A stretch of 64,000 bases of DNA from Vezdaea acicularis (lineage: Eukaryota): positions 1 through 64,000 of the forward strand of contig JAPEUI010000064.1 of NCBI GenBank assembly GCA_026025075.1, written 5' to 3'. The notes under the pieces are model-generated. The model searched no databases, was not told the DNA's origin, and saw nothing but the letters and a program-made list of their open reading frames with translations. The first letter of the stretch is position 1; every line of letters starts with the position of its first letter. The position numbers and the translations under genes were made by a program. This document shows positions 13,201-29,818 of the stretch, piece by piece.

Positions 13201-13649
13201 ACAGCGATAACCATGCGTATGTTGTCCGATGCTACCGCTCCGACAGTGTTGAGCTCTCAGTACTAACCAGAAGTAGTCTTATCGAACTATGTAACATGAT
13301 CGACTCCCTAGTCCCTAGAATGGACGAGATATACGATCTTTACAAATTCATCCAGGATTATGAGGTGCCCGAACCTTCCGAACATGCGGCCATCTACTAC
13401 CGTGGTGAGATCGAGGGTTACGACGACAAAGATGATTGGGGGCGAACGGAGATACTATTCCACATCTGGGCGGCTTGGGGTATCCTTCAGCCTCAACAGC
13501 AAAAGAGGTTCCGTCGCTTCATCGCCATCATCCCCAAGCACCTCCAAGTCAAGAAGGAAGAATGGCTTGCACGTTACCAGAACCTGATTATCCTGACTCC
13601 TGATGAGTTTCTCGGTCGTTGCAATAGTTTCTACCAACCCAAGAATTAA
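10262..13649 (+). CDS. N-terminal chromodomain protein, possibly Chp1-like; about 5 exons
   Basis: EYDVEKILAE..RYLVKWVGYPLAEATWEPPENF chromodomain, long disordered middle, globular-looking C-terminal third; GT-AG introns near 10850, 12086, 12731 and 13217 join three ORFs. Chp1 likeness is inferred from architecture. Confidence 0.78.
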
Positions 13650-14156
13650 AGAGCGTCTTCCACACCGGTCTCATTTGCATAGATACCTGCATTTAGCGGT
13701 TGAGGGTGGATTTGGCTCAAGCATTCTGGAATTGGCCGGAGTATCTTGCGTTGCTGATGGGTCTGGAACGATCCTATGGACTTCAAGCCTTAATTGAGCC
13801 TTGCTCTACATAGAAGAATCTAAAATGACAGAAGCGTAGCCGTGACCGTGAGACTATTGAGTGCCGCACAAACCATTTGAGCCATGTCGCCTCACTGAAG
13901 CTACGACATCTTGTTCATCAATCTAAAGCTCTTTTATTTCGCACTAGAATATACAGCATGAGTTCAAAGCGGATTTCATTTTTCAGAATAGTACAGGGAC
14001 AGAAGGAAGCCACATGTGTGATACAAAGGGGGCTTTACACGCCCGTTATCGTGGCCTATCTATTGTCACAACCCGCGGCCCATTTCAACCTCCTTAGCTT
14101 GGACTATGTTCATTGGAACGAGGCGAAGCAACTGAGATCTAGAATCTTGATATTGC

Positions 14157-16178
<2,022 letters not shown>

Positions 16179-16558
16179 TGTGAAGAATGCTAAAGAGCGA
16201 AGTGGATGTGAAAGGAAAAGATTGGATGACGGTCGAGATGTCGTGGACAAGATTCGGGTTACGAGGTCGCTCGCTCGGGATGAGCAGGAAGAGCGAGCCA
16301 CATTTGATTGGCTTAGCGAAGTCTTGGCACTGAGCGAGTAGCCAAACGACATGCTCCAAGGATTTTCTTATTTTGTCACAGTATGATAGAACATAGTTGA
16401 CCGTATTTACAGCAACGGGAACAACAGATTTGAATCGTTCTGGTCAAATTCCTCTGCGCTTAACAATCTCATTGTAGAAAGCTATGGGCTGTTCTCAGAG
16501 TCCAAAGGCCCGCCCGCATGTAGTCAAAAAGGTGGGTTCTCACAAAAAGCCAATTGAG

Positions 16559-19014
16559 TTATATCTTACTCTCAAGAGCAAGAACCTATGAAGAATCAGC
16601 GTTGCGATCCTAGCATTTTCTGGGCCGTGACTTACAATAGCTGTTCGCGTGGGTATATATACTTGTGTGAAATTCTTACGTCCATTCCAACCGAAGGGAG
16701 TAGTGAAGAACCGCGTTCCCTCATCAATCCTACCAAGCCCACCGAATTCCTTACTATCGCTATTCAAGACGACTTTGTACGTCCCGTCCTGCTCCACGCC
16801 AACGCGATAGTCTGCGTAACTCTTGGATGGATGGAAATTGAAGATCCAAAGGAGGCCCGCCCGTTCGAAAACGATAACTTTATCCGACTCGTTCTTCAGG
16901 CTGATGTATGCTTGCTCGGAGTGTAGCCACCCAAATTTCTCCTCTGTCCATTCCATCTTACTATCAAATTCGTTCAAGAACCTGTAGCGCAACAGTTCGT
17001 CATCGACTAGGTTGAACTGGCGCCTAGCATACCAAAAGCTGTTGTCATTGCCAGCTCTTGGGAAGTCTAACCACTCTGGGTGGCCAAACTCGTTCCCCTC
17101 GAAGTTGAGATAACCCTCACCACCCAAGCCATGAGTGATCAGGCGGATCATCTTGTGAAGGCCAAGCCCACGTTCAATCACTGGCGTAAATTCCGTCATA
17201 GTCGACATATGGGTGTAAAGCTCCTTGTCACATAACCACATGAGCAGAGACTTATCGCCAACTAGCCTGTTGTTCAAGACCGTTAGCAGTGTATCGCATA
17301 AGAAAGGGAAGCGGACAATCTAACGCTTGATCATGGCTCTCTGCATATGCAATAGTGTTCTCTCCATGCCGTCGATTGGTAAGAGTGAAGCATATGTTAG
17401 ACATGTCCCACTGATCATCGGTCTTCTCTTTTAAGATCTTAATCCACATATCCGGAATTGCCATTGCCAATCTATAATCAAATCCAATGCCTCCAAGTGA
17501 TAAGGCAACACACAGCGCAGGCATACCCGACACGTCTTCCGCGATGGTGATGGTTTCCGGATAGAGATGGTGAAGCATCTCATTTGCGAGCATGAGATAC
17601 ACTACGCCTTGCTCATCCACATTTGGTCCGAAGTACTCATGGTACCCACCTGAGAATCCACTTATTGGTTGTCAGTATAATAGCATGATTATATTCTAGA
17701 CTTGCGTTTCACTTACGTGCCAATACCGTGGTGATTGTACATCATACTTGTAACACCATCAAACCGGAAGCCATCAAACTGATACTCATCCATCCAGAAC
17801 CTCAAATTACTCAATAAAAACCTAAGTACTTCATGGCTTCCATAGTTGAAAAGCCTACTATCCCAAAGCTCATGCCTTCCTTTGGCCCCTTCATGGAAAT
17901 AAAGATGATCAGAACCATCGAACATGTTCAGACCGTCCAAAACGTTCTTGCATGCATGGCTGTGGACCATATCAAGGAGAACAGTAATGCCAAGGCCATG
18001 AGCTGTGTCGATGAGCTCCTTGAGATCATCTGGAAAGCCGTAGCGACTACTAGCTGCGAAGAAGCTTGTGACTTGATAACCAAAGCTGGCATAATACGCA
18101 TGTTCCATGACGGCCATGAGCTGTATGACATTATATCCTAAATGTTTGATCCTTGGAAGTACATCCTTTGTGAACTCCTTATAACTTCCGACCTTCAATT
18201 CAGGGGTAGAAATTCCGACATGCGCCTCATATATTCGAACGCTCTTGGGCTTTTTGGGCTTGGGATGCTTAAATACATAGCGCTCAGACTTCGGTGGATT
18301 CCAGAAGACTGCGTCGTAAACAGGGGACACCGAGAGATCTTGCGTAACACGAGTTATCCAGGCTGGAACCCGCTCGATTCGCTCTCCCGAGGGTGTGATC
18401 ATTGATATCTAAGCAAATGAAATGGTAAAGATATTGCCTTGGTTTTAATGATCACTGATTTGGGACGTACCTTGATTTTTGAGTTATGAGGGATCGCGGG
18501 CTTTCCATCTTTGGGGTGTAACAAGAGCTCCCATACACCGTAATGGTCTTTCGTCATGGGCGTAGCGTCTCGGTTCCAATCATCTATCGTATGTGTTTAG
18601 CAAGATCGGCCTATTTCCAAGGATGCATAGGTGGGCATACTGAAATCCCCAATGAGAAATGCTGCCGTCGCGTTCGGCGCCCATTCGCGGTAGCTGATAT
18701 CCCCATTGTCTTGAATATTGAAGCCAAACTTCTCGAACCCCTTCAAGCCATATATCAGCTTGCTCTATAGGTCAACGCTGTAGGAATAGAACCTTGCTGA
18801 ATTTCTCGAAACCGCCTTCAGTGTCATTTATCGTCTTGATCCATTTCTGTGCATGATTGAACCTGCTCTTGAGAGCATCTTTGAATGGCGACAACCAAGG
18901 ATCGAGCTTGATGACCCCTAGGAGAGGTGTGTTAGTGCTGCGTTGAGACATAACCATGAATTGGTCCCCACCCGTGCCATCAGCCGGGACGTTACTGTCA
19001 CCGGGAGTGCTCAT
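16559..19014 (-). CDS. GLC3: 1,4-alpha-glucan (glycogen) branching enzyme, GH13; 8 exons
   Basis: [61 protein letters not shown]; alternative upstream ATG at 19047. Confidence 0.98.
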
Positions 19015-19749
19015 GACCGAATTTTCTGAGTGTTGGTTCAAAGTCATGTCTCGACCTGGGCGCAAGACTATATCTTCACGTGCCTCGGAGACCTGCTCTA
19101 CCGGGGAGAAAACGGCCTATGTCAAGCACATAAAGTTCGTCGACTACTGAGAAGGAGAAACTGAAGTGGGCTGAAGGATTTCCCAACAGGCTGATGGAGT
19201 ATCGATTTGATTTGATTTATAAAACTATGGGCGTTGTAAGCAACATCTGCAAAGAGCGCATGCGGAGCAAATATGCCCCTCAAATGGCCTTCTCCTCAAT
19301 AGCTTCTTCCGCTACAGAGACTCTTCCGGCTATGGAGCTTGAGCTCCCCACCGACGTCACCCCGCTTTAGAGGGACATCCCCTGCAAGCGTGGTGGCTGG
19401 GCATTAACGAGTGGCCAGAAACCGCCGGTGTAACGGACTCGGCTCCGACGGCGTAAGCTCTCGGGGAACGTGACCTCTCCAATGTCAATCAGAAGAGTTT
19501 CCAGGACTTTTATTTGTGTTGATGAGAGCTGTATCGAAAACCACGAAGAGCGGTTGTTGACTTAAGCCCTTGAATTGAGGGCTCATTCGAGTTTTGGTTT
19601 GCCGATATCACTACTAATGCTGGTTGGTTCTCGTAAGCGGAGCCCCACCAAGTCAAGCTCCAGGCACTGATAGTCGTTAGCATGTTGCGGACTTCGAATA
19701 AAGCAATTGTATCTACAAAAAGGGCTTGAACCTCTGACCTTCTGCCACG

Positions 19750-21601
19750 ATGGCAGTCGCTGGCGTTGTAGTCTCCCAGCAAGCGCGCCTCTCGTACATT
19801 GCACTCTCCTCGATCCGTAGGAGCTTCTCAACAACCTCCCCCCAATATTCATCATCATCACACTATCATCCATCAGATTTTTCGGGAGGTTCTTTTACCG
19901 GAAGCTATGAGCCTGGTCTTCCGACTTCGGGTCCGTTGGCTGAAGCATCAGCCTTTGGCGTGCCGCGACTGACACCTAAAGCGTTGAAGCAGCACTTGGA
20001 TCAATTTGTGGTGGGACAAGAAAGAGCAAAGAAGGTACTCAGCGTAGCAGTATATAACCACTATCAGAGGATACAGGAACTTCAGAGGCAGAATGAAGAG
20101 CTCGAAGCACTTGTGCAGCAGCGGACAAGGAGAGAGTCTGGTGAAAGGCATCCTATAGAAGGTAGAGCAAGCCGCATGAGAAGCGCTGGCAGTGAGTTTT
20201 GACATGTAACAGATGAATTCCCAGGACAACAGCCCACGGTGCACCTATATGGCACTTCTCAGTCCCAAATGTCGCCTCCCCAGCCAGTGTCTAGTCCTAT
20301 CGTTGATTACAGCCCACTCGCCATTGAAAAGTCCAACATCATGCTCCTCGGCCCGTCTGGTGTTGGCAAGACCCTTATGGCAAAGACTCTAGCTCGCATC
20401 TTAGAAGTTCCCTTCAGCATGTCAGACTGTACCCCTTTCACACAAGCCGGCTATATCGGCGAAGATGCCGATGTTTGTGTACAGCGGCTGCTCGCCGCTG
20501 CTAATTACGATGTAGCGCGAGCTGAGCGAGGTATCATATGTCTTGACGAAGTTGATAAGATCGCAACCGCGAAGGTATCGCATGGAAAAGACGTAAGCGG
20601 CGAAGGCGTGCAGCAAGCGTTGTTGAAGATTATTGAAGGAACAACTCTTCAGATAAATGCCAAATCAGAAAGAAATGCTCCGAGCAAATCGCCCAGTAAT
20701 GGTTTCCAGCCTAGTGGCAATGGAGGAGGACTCGGATCTGGTTCGACTACAGGAGGCGGAATTGGGATTGGAAGCTCTGGTCCTGCGGCAAAGGGGGAAG
20801 TCTACAATGTGCGGACCGACAACATACTCTTCATATTCACTGGTGCATTCATAGGCCTCCAGAAAATAATCATGGATCGCGTGTCGAAAGGTAGCATTGG
20901 CTTCGGTCAACCGGTCAGAGCTTCAAATGCAGAAAATCAAACCAGCCTCAAGGGAGAGGAGGAGCTGTTCCGGAAATTCCTCCCGTTCTTTACTTCGAAC
21001 GATGAGAGCGGAGACGAAGCTCGTAATCCACTTGATCTCGTGGAGCCAGGTGATCTCCAAAAATTCGGCTTGATACCCGAGCTCGTTGGCCGAGTTCCTG
21101 TCACGACTGCACTCGCTGCATTAGATGAGGAAGCCTTGGTGCGCGTTCTAACGGAACCGCGGAATAGTCTGATGAGGCAGTACGAGCAGCTGTTCCAGCT
21201 GAGTGGCGTGGAAGTTAGATTCACAAGCGCTGCACTCAGAGAGGTTGCGAAGTCCGCGCTAGGAATGGGAACTGGCGCTCGAGGTCTTAGAACGGTCCTC
21301 GAACGGCTGCTCGGGGATGCCATGTTCGAATCCCCCGGTAATGACTTGTAATACTTCCGCATCGCTAAATTAATACTGACATGAAAATGCAGGGTCTTCT
21401 ATCAAATACATCCTTATCACCGAAGCGGTGGCAAAGAAGGAACAAGCACCTGTGTACCTGGCGCGGGGCCAACAACCCCGTTTCCATGCCATGATCGCGG
21501 CAGAGGAAGAGGAGTGGGAACGAAGGAAGGAGAATGATGATGAGCGGGTCCAGAGCTTTGAAGAGTATCGCGAGAAAGCCAAGGCCGCAGGAGTAGTATG
21601 A
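19750..21601 (+). CDS. MCX1: Mitochondrial ClpX AAA+ unfoldase; introns 20162-20212 and 21338-21392
   Basis: [70 protein letters not shown] loop, TGARGLR. Confidence 0.96.
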
Positions 21602-22015
21602 ATGAGAGATGTGAACGGGAAGGTTATAGTATTGTGGAAATGATAAGATGATGCAGCAAGGGATTTTGGGTATAGGGTGAAATGGTGTTTGGGCTTATCG
21701 GGAGTCGTAAGACATTCTCGATGACTGTATGGGCGTCAATGGGAAGTGAACAGGATGTTTATGGCATATTTTGTGGATTAAATTTAGAGATGCGTTAAAC
21801 GCCAAGGAGAATATGTCTTTTCTGCAGAGTAAGCTGCGTGATATTTAGGTCTATCTATACAGTCGCAAGTATTGTTCACAGTGGAAGGCATGCCGTACGG
21901 CCATCTATCATCCGTACCTACCCCTCTGTCTAACACAAATGTTTCCCAGCCGTGTGAAAAGATACAGCCTTGGATCGGATCACAAAAAATCGAATTCGAT
22001 GCAGCGAAGAGTCGC

Positions 22016-22741
22016 CTACTCTTTCGCTTTGGGTCTGCTTTGAACTTGACCCTTGCCCTTGTAACCTTCCGACGAGATGCCGGAGATAGGCTCTACATTT
22101 AAACTCTTTAGGGGGATTGTTAGCTAACGTGCTGATCGATAGGAAAGACAATACTTTTCTGGATTTTGGACTGGCTTACCTTGAGATATTCGTTCGTCTT
22201 CTCCTGCCATTCCTTGTTCATCGTCGGTGGAGGGCCTTTGGCAACGAATTCTCGGAATCCCCAAGCCATGAGGAATGCAACTCCTACTCCAATCAGTGTA
22301 TATGTAAACACCTTTCGATTCTCGCCAGGAGGTGTGCCGGCACGAGGACCATGAGGTCCAAAGGCAATCCAGTATGCTATGATCAACAAGTCTTTTGTCA
22401 GAAGCGTTCTCTAGCTTTGCCCAAATATTCAATTGTGCATGGAATTGATCGATCGACAAGAGATGCTTACCGGCTTTCTTCTCTTGCAAGGTTAGTTCCT
22501 TCCAGTCCGTCCTCATGCGATCCCTCAGCTGCATCCACAGATCAGCCTGCTCTTGGGGCATCATCGTCTCCCATCGCTTCTCGATGTTTGCCAAGGTCGG
22601 GTTGGATATGGCATGAGCTCTTCGATATTGCTGTCGTTGAGCACTTAGACAAATAGGTGTCGTGGCTTTTGATGTCCGCAGGGTCGACTGAGTAAGGAGC
22701 GAGTTACTACCGGTCGTGCGAACGACCGCCGACCGCATCAT
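22016..22741 (-). CDS. COX5: Cytochrome c oxidase subunit V (COX4 family); 3 exons
   Basis: HAISNPTLANIEKRWE, ELTLQEKKA/AYWIAFGPHGPR, one TM helix, PPTMNKEWQE, GYKGKGQVQS. Confidence 0.96.
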
Positions 22742-23071
22742 CTTGGCCAACGTAGCAATAGAGACACACAAAGAGCGGAGAGGTCTCTAGAAGAGGGTTT
22801 GCTGGTGTGAGTTGGTCCAATTGCGCAACAGAGGTCGATGGGGTACGACGTATGAAATCCTATGAAGTCAAGGAAACTAATCTACTTTCGCGCGGCGTCC
22901 CCCGTGGAAATCTTTGCCGAGAACCGTAGCTCAGCCAAGCTTAGTTAGGCGATGGCAACAAGCACCGATTTCCAAACTGTTTGGGTCAATCCGACGGAAT
23001 AGAAATCAGAAGGAAGTGTTAAGAAGCAGCAAGTCCTTACCTACGGTACGCTCGGAACTTGCAGAGATGGG

Positions 23072-23081
23072 ATTGGCCAAT
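23072..23081. promoter_or_regulatory. Palindromic double CCAAT box (ATTGGCCAAT) in the COX5/GAPDH divergent promoter
   Basis: Sequence match; Hap/CBC binding at respiratory genes is established, function here is inferred. Confidence 0.4.
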
Positions 23082-23426
23082 GTGCAGGGTCAAGTGGGTC
23101 ACCCACTCGTAGTTCGCGACGTGCTGATTGTGGCGAGCTCATAGAATAAGCAACCGCGAGCTTATGAGCGGAAAAATTACAGAACTCGCAGCTGACCGGC
23201 GCGCCCTCCGATGACGCTACAGCGTGGCTCTCGTTAAAAACCCTCGCCCCTCCAAACCCCTCCATCCCCCTCAACAAAACAATTCTCCCAAGCAAAGTCC
23301 CTGAAGAAACTGCGGACAAACCCACTATTCATAACATTATCAGTGAAGAAATACTTCCAAAGTAAGTTGTCCGAGTCGAAGCTCGAGGCCTAGTTCATCC
23401 CATGAAGCTAATAGTAGCTCTTCAGC

Positions 23427-24891
<1,465 letters not shown>

Positions 24892-25827
24892 CTTTCTCTG
24901 GAGAAAATACGCACTTGAAGTATCATAGTACTTCAAAGCTCGCAGGAAACCGCGCGGAACTATGGTATTAGGGGAGAAAAGCTAGCTGGAGAGCGCTCGA
25001 AGAGCCACTTTACTTTGTGTTCTGTAAATCTTGATGAGAGCAAAATAGAGATCTTAGAAAACAGCCTTGCACGAAATTCCTTCTAATGTAAAGCGTGCGA
25101 CAAGGGTTCGCGGTGACTGCAACGGCAACAAGCGATTGCAATTGATGCGACCCCATCGGATGCTTCTTGTGGTTCATTGTGCAATGACGCTAGACTAATT
25201 AAGGCCAAATCCAAAAACTGCATTCGCTGAGCTTCGCGACCCACCCTAGAATCGTGCTTTATTGTTCGCGAATAAGTTTCCTATTCTTTTTCTACCTTTA
25301 AGATCCAGCACTGCCCAGGTCCTAAACCCGAGACGTTTCATTGCAGTGCATTTCCCATTTCCTAGTATTTCCCGTAACCTCATAGGCATTTCCTAAGCTT
25401 GTCTTCACCCCAAGCGAAAATAGTGTCTGCCAAATTTACGCGTTCTTGCTTTATCTCGGTCTCCGGGGTTGTAATCTCTACATCCTGGGCCCTTGACATC
25501 TCTTGACTTGACTGCACGTAAGTGCGCACTTGAACCCTTCTGTAAAAGCAAAATACTAAGTGATGTGAGACGATAGTCATACAATTTCGCAAAATCATTC
25601 CAATCTTTCAGATCCTGTCTAGACGATCTATCGGTTCAAGAAGCTTAGAGAGCTCTTCAATCCAACGTTCAGCAACCTTCTTCACTCCTACATCTGTTGA
25701 TTGTTCCGTGGTCGAGCTTTCCTAAGGTTATGCGAATATAGCTTCCAGCTCTCTTTTCCTTTCCTTCTTTCATTCATCCATACGAAGCGGGGAGAAATTG
25801 AGGTAGCGCTGGAATATAGGTACGACA

Positions 25828-28737
25828 ATGGAAAGCGGAGGGGGAGATGTCATTATGGAGGAGAAGGAAGAGGCCAAGCCACCTGCAGGAAGCATGACTA
25901 GTAAATTCTTGTTGAGCTCGTCAGTACAGGACCCCCTTAGCAGAATAGCGGAGAACGGCGCACTTCTTTCAGCCAAGGCAAGCTCCAGTGGGGAGAGCCC
26001 GTCCGCCTCGAGCTCCCTCGTGTCAATTTCCAGAGCACCCAAACGAAAAGCCGACGATACCGAAGCCGAGGCGGACCATAGACATTATACACCATTATCG
26101 GAATACTCGGCGAATTTACTAACTTCATCTGAGCAGACAGGACTATGTTATGATGTCCGTATGAGATTCCATACCACGCCGGACATATTCGATAGCCACC
26201 CAGAAACGCCTCAAAGGATTACAGAGATATACCTTCTTCTACAACAGTCTGGACTAATATCTCATGAGCCTCACGGTCGACATCTACGAGAGTATTTGTA
26301 TCGGATTGACGCTACCGAAGCATCGAGAAAAGAAATATGCCTTGTGCATTCCGAGGAGTACTACAAGCAAGTAAAATCGACACAAGGTTAGTTTCATTCC
26401 CGTGTGGTAGACTGTAAGCGATATCATCCGTGATTAACTCGGAGTAGCTCTCAGCACACAAGAGCTTTGCGACCTCGAGAATACTAGCAATTCTGTATAT
26501 TTCAACAAAAATACGTTTTTGAGCTCAAAGCTTGCAGCTGGTGGAGCTTTGAACTCTTGTCGCGCCGTTCTAAATAGTACTGTGAAGAACGCCATCGCCG
26601 TCATACGTCCTCCTGGCCATCATGCAGAGGAAGCTGAAGCGCAAGGATTCTGCATCTTCAACAACGTCTGTGTTGCCACTCGTGCCTGTCAACAAGAATT
26701 CCCAGACATCTGCCGTAAGGTCCTTATCCTAGATTGGGACGTCCATCATGGCAATGGTGTTCAGCACGTCTTCTATGACGATCCAAACGTCCTGTACATC
26801 TCAATTCACCGATGGAGTCGGGATGCCGACGGGACTAGGTTTTATCCAGGGGAGAGTGGCGACCCAGAGCACTGTGGAGTGGGTCCTGGGCTAGGGCGCA
26901 ATGTTAATATCGCATGGGAACAGGCTCACATGAAAGACGCTGATTATATGTTCGCCTTCCAGAACGTCGTTATGCCTATCGCATACGAATTCAATCCAGA
27001 TCTTGTTATTGTCGCTGCTGGCTTTGATGCCGCAGATGGTGATCAACTCGGGCAGAATCATGTCTCACCAGCCTGCTATTCACACATGACACATATGCTC
27101 ATGTCACTAGCAGAGGGGAAAATCGTGGTCTGCTTAGAAGGTGGCTATAATTTGCAAGCAATTTCTACGTCCGCACACGCAGTCACGCGAGTTCTGATGG
27201 GCGAGCCACCGGACAGGATGATCCTTGGGAGCGTAGCGACCTCTGCTGAGGAGGACGTACGAAAAGCTATTTCCATCCAATCGAAGTACTGGAGATGTAT
27301 GAACCCACCAACCACAGATTCAGGTAAGCATGACACTTCCTCTCCAGCTTTTGAGAGCATCCTTGATTAAGTTTATGAAAGACTGGATTGATCAAGCGGG
27401 GGGAGTTCCGCTTGGTGGTATGTTATCTCCATATTCCTCTGCTGAATGTTCACTCATGCCTTGCTTAGAGATTATACGAAGCTACCAGGCTTTCACCCTT
27501 TATAGAGAGCTGCAGCTGGTAAAGCTGATGATATTCCGTGATCGGCCCTATAGTATTTTCGACAATCAGGTGCTTGCTACGTAAGTACACAATACTCCAG
27601 GCGCAGGACTTGAACTTATCAGGAGGTCTAGGCGGAACTATGCCACATGCAAGAGCTTGCTTCTTGTGTTTCATGATCCACCTCAAGTCACGGGTATCCG
27701 GGACCCCGACACTGGCTCTATTGATCTGAGCTGCACTTTCATGGTAGGTTCAGTGAAGGCACTGATGCTTTGGACATGGCTAATTGGTGAAGACTGATAA
27801 TCTCAAGAGCTATATCACCTGGGCCGTGAAACAAGGGTATGGAATCATCGACGTAAACATTCCCGTCCGAACGAGAGCCTCGGAGGTTCGTGTTTTTCAA
27901 GGCCCACTATTGAGCAAGGAGCTGATGCATAGCGCATTTAGCGCCAGACAAGAGCCAATAATCCTCAAATGGAAGAAGCTGTCAAGGAAGAATTGGCTGT
28001 CTATCTATGGCAGAACTACATTGAGTCAGTCCGCCTACTCTTACACGGGTTCTCAATCTCATTTTATACAGAGTCGGCGATCATGAAAACATTGTTTTTA
28101 TGGGTGTAGGGGACGCTTTCCATTCCCTCATTCACTTCATCAACAATCATGGTGAGTTTTGCCGACTCTTCTGTCCGACTGCTGGCAGATATGGGGTCAC
28201 CTCAAACCTTTCGGTGCAGTCGTCTTCATTCACTAACTTCACCTCTCATGTGTAGCGCAAGAGTGCATGGATCTTGTTAGCGGAGTAGTCGGATTCATCA
28301 CAGCCGAGACTAAACTGCCGTCTGTGATTCGGGACATTGATCAGCTTGCCATGTGGTATTATAAGGTATGAGCTTAAGTTTCTATAATGTAGGCACCTCA
28401 CTAAGCCGATGGTATTCAGAACTCTCGAATATTTGTTGGGAATAATCACATGGTGTTTGACCCGGATCGGAAAACTCCCAAAAAGAAGTTCGGAACAATT
28501 ACTCAATCCAAAGAGAAAAAGATGATGGCGATGCTATCGTTTCATGAGACGGATGCAACAAAGTGGATGGAAAGTCGCTTACAGAGCAATGATGACCTGC
28601 ACTCTGCGCCTTCCGTTGTAACGGTGATCACTCCCACTTTGTCTGTGTCTCATGCGCAATCTCGTGGTATAGATAAGGACAAGTCACTATCAACAAACCA
28701 GCCGCTTCTTGCGCCTCCACTAGAGATGGAGATTTGA
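25828..28737 (+). CDS. HDA1: Class II histone deacetylase Hda1/Clr3 with C-terminal Arb2-like region; about 10 exons
   Basis: HPETPQRI, RPPGHH, GFCIFNNV, DWDVHHGNG, AGFDAA and LEGGY intact; downstream exons HDPP, GYGIIDVNIP, LFFMGVG. Start codon uncertain. Confidence 0.93.
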
Positions 28738-29307
28738 CCAACAAAGACATGACCGATAAGCACCGTCATTGTTCACTAAGTAGCGGACAATGCAGAAAAT
28801 CAAGATTTCGGACTGGAGTTTAGGATGTAGATCAGAGTCAATTCGACGCTTACGACTTTCACGACTGCATGATATCACGGGTCAGTTTTCTTTATCCTGG
28901 CATTGGGCGGCAATCTGCAGTCATCGGCCAATCATCCACAGACTCCTTTGTTGACTTGCTTGTATAGCGAGTCTTTGTCACACTATGGAGTGGTCTTGTA
29001 TAATACTCTCGATTAGCGAGCTTGCATCTAGTTCTGTCCTAATCAACAATGACAGGCTTTGTAGCTTTGCTCTTACATAACATGACATGACATGCAATAT
29101 GAGTGTGAGATGCGCATGTATGGGCAGACAACAGACTAGTTTTGACATGAAATGGTGTGTAAGTAGTAGAATAATAAAGATTACTGAATAGACAGTAATC
29201 CACAGAAGTAATAGTAGTCAACAGACATCTATATACGATTGAATACTAAGGACCTATGCTCTAGTGTTTTCATACAATCTGATCTATGGTGGATGCGCAA
29301 AGTCAGC

Positions 29308-29380
29308 TTAATGTCATAAATTTGCTCAACACAGGACTTTAGTAGCTCAAGTCCTGTGCTGAACGAATTTATGACATTAA
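29308..29380. repeat. 73-bp inverted repeat (35-bp arms, 4 mismatches, 3-nt loop) with TTAA at both ends
   Basis: Left TTAATGTCATAAATTTGCTCAACACAGGACTTTAG versus reverse complement of right TTAATGTCATAAATTCGTTCAGCACAGGACTTGAG. Confidence 0.93.
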
Positions 29381-29818
29381 TATAGACAGGGTGGTGATGA
29401 GTTTGACGTTTGAGTTATGTTTCAATATGTCTTCTATGTACGTACCGCTTAGTGCAAGTTTAGCGCAACCTAGATTCCATATTAATATAGAAAATTTTAT
29501 TTGCAAGTCATTAGTTCACTTACACTTCTATATTGTCTAAGTAGTGCGAATTCATAATCCGTAGTGCGGATACGTTCAATCCGTCTATAGTTTGATTGAC
29601 CGGTAACCGGACGCTAGGGCACTTTGCCCTGCTTAATTGTTGATTCGATACCCGTAATTAATTGAAAATATATGATCAACGAGTCCAGTCTCACAAAAAG
29701 CTGAAAAGGGCAATGCATGCATGACCGAACATGGAGTCTCATTAAAGTACCTACGTATTACGTACTGAGGGAATCTAACCCAATGCACCAGCGCTATGCC
29801 CTGAAAGTTCCCGCACCA

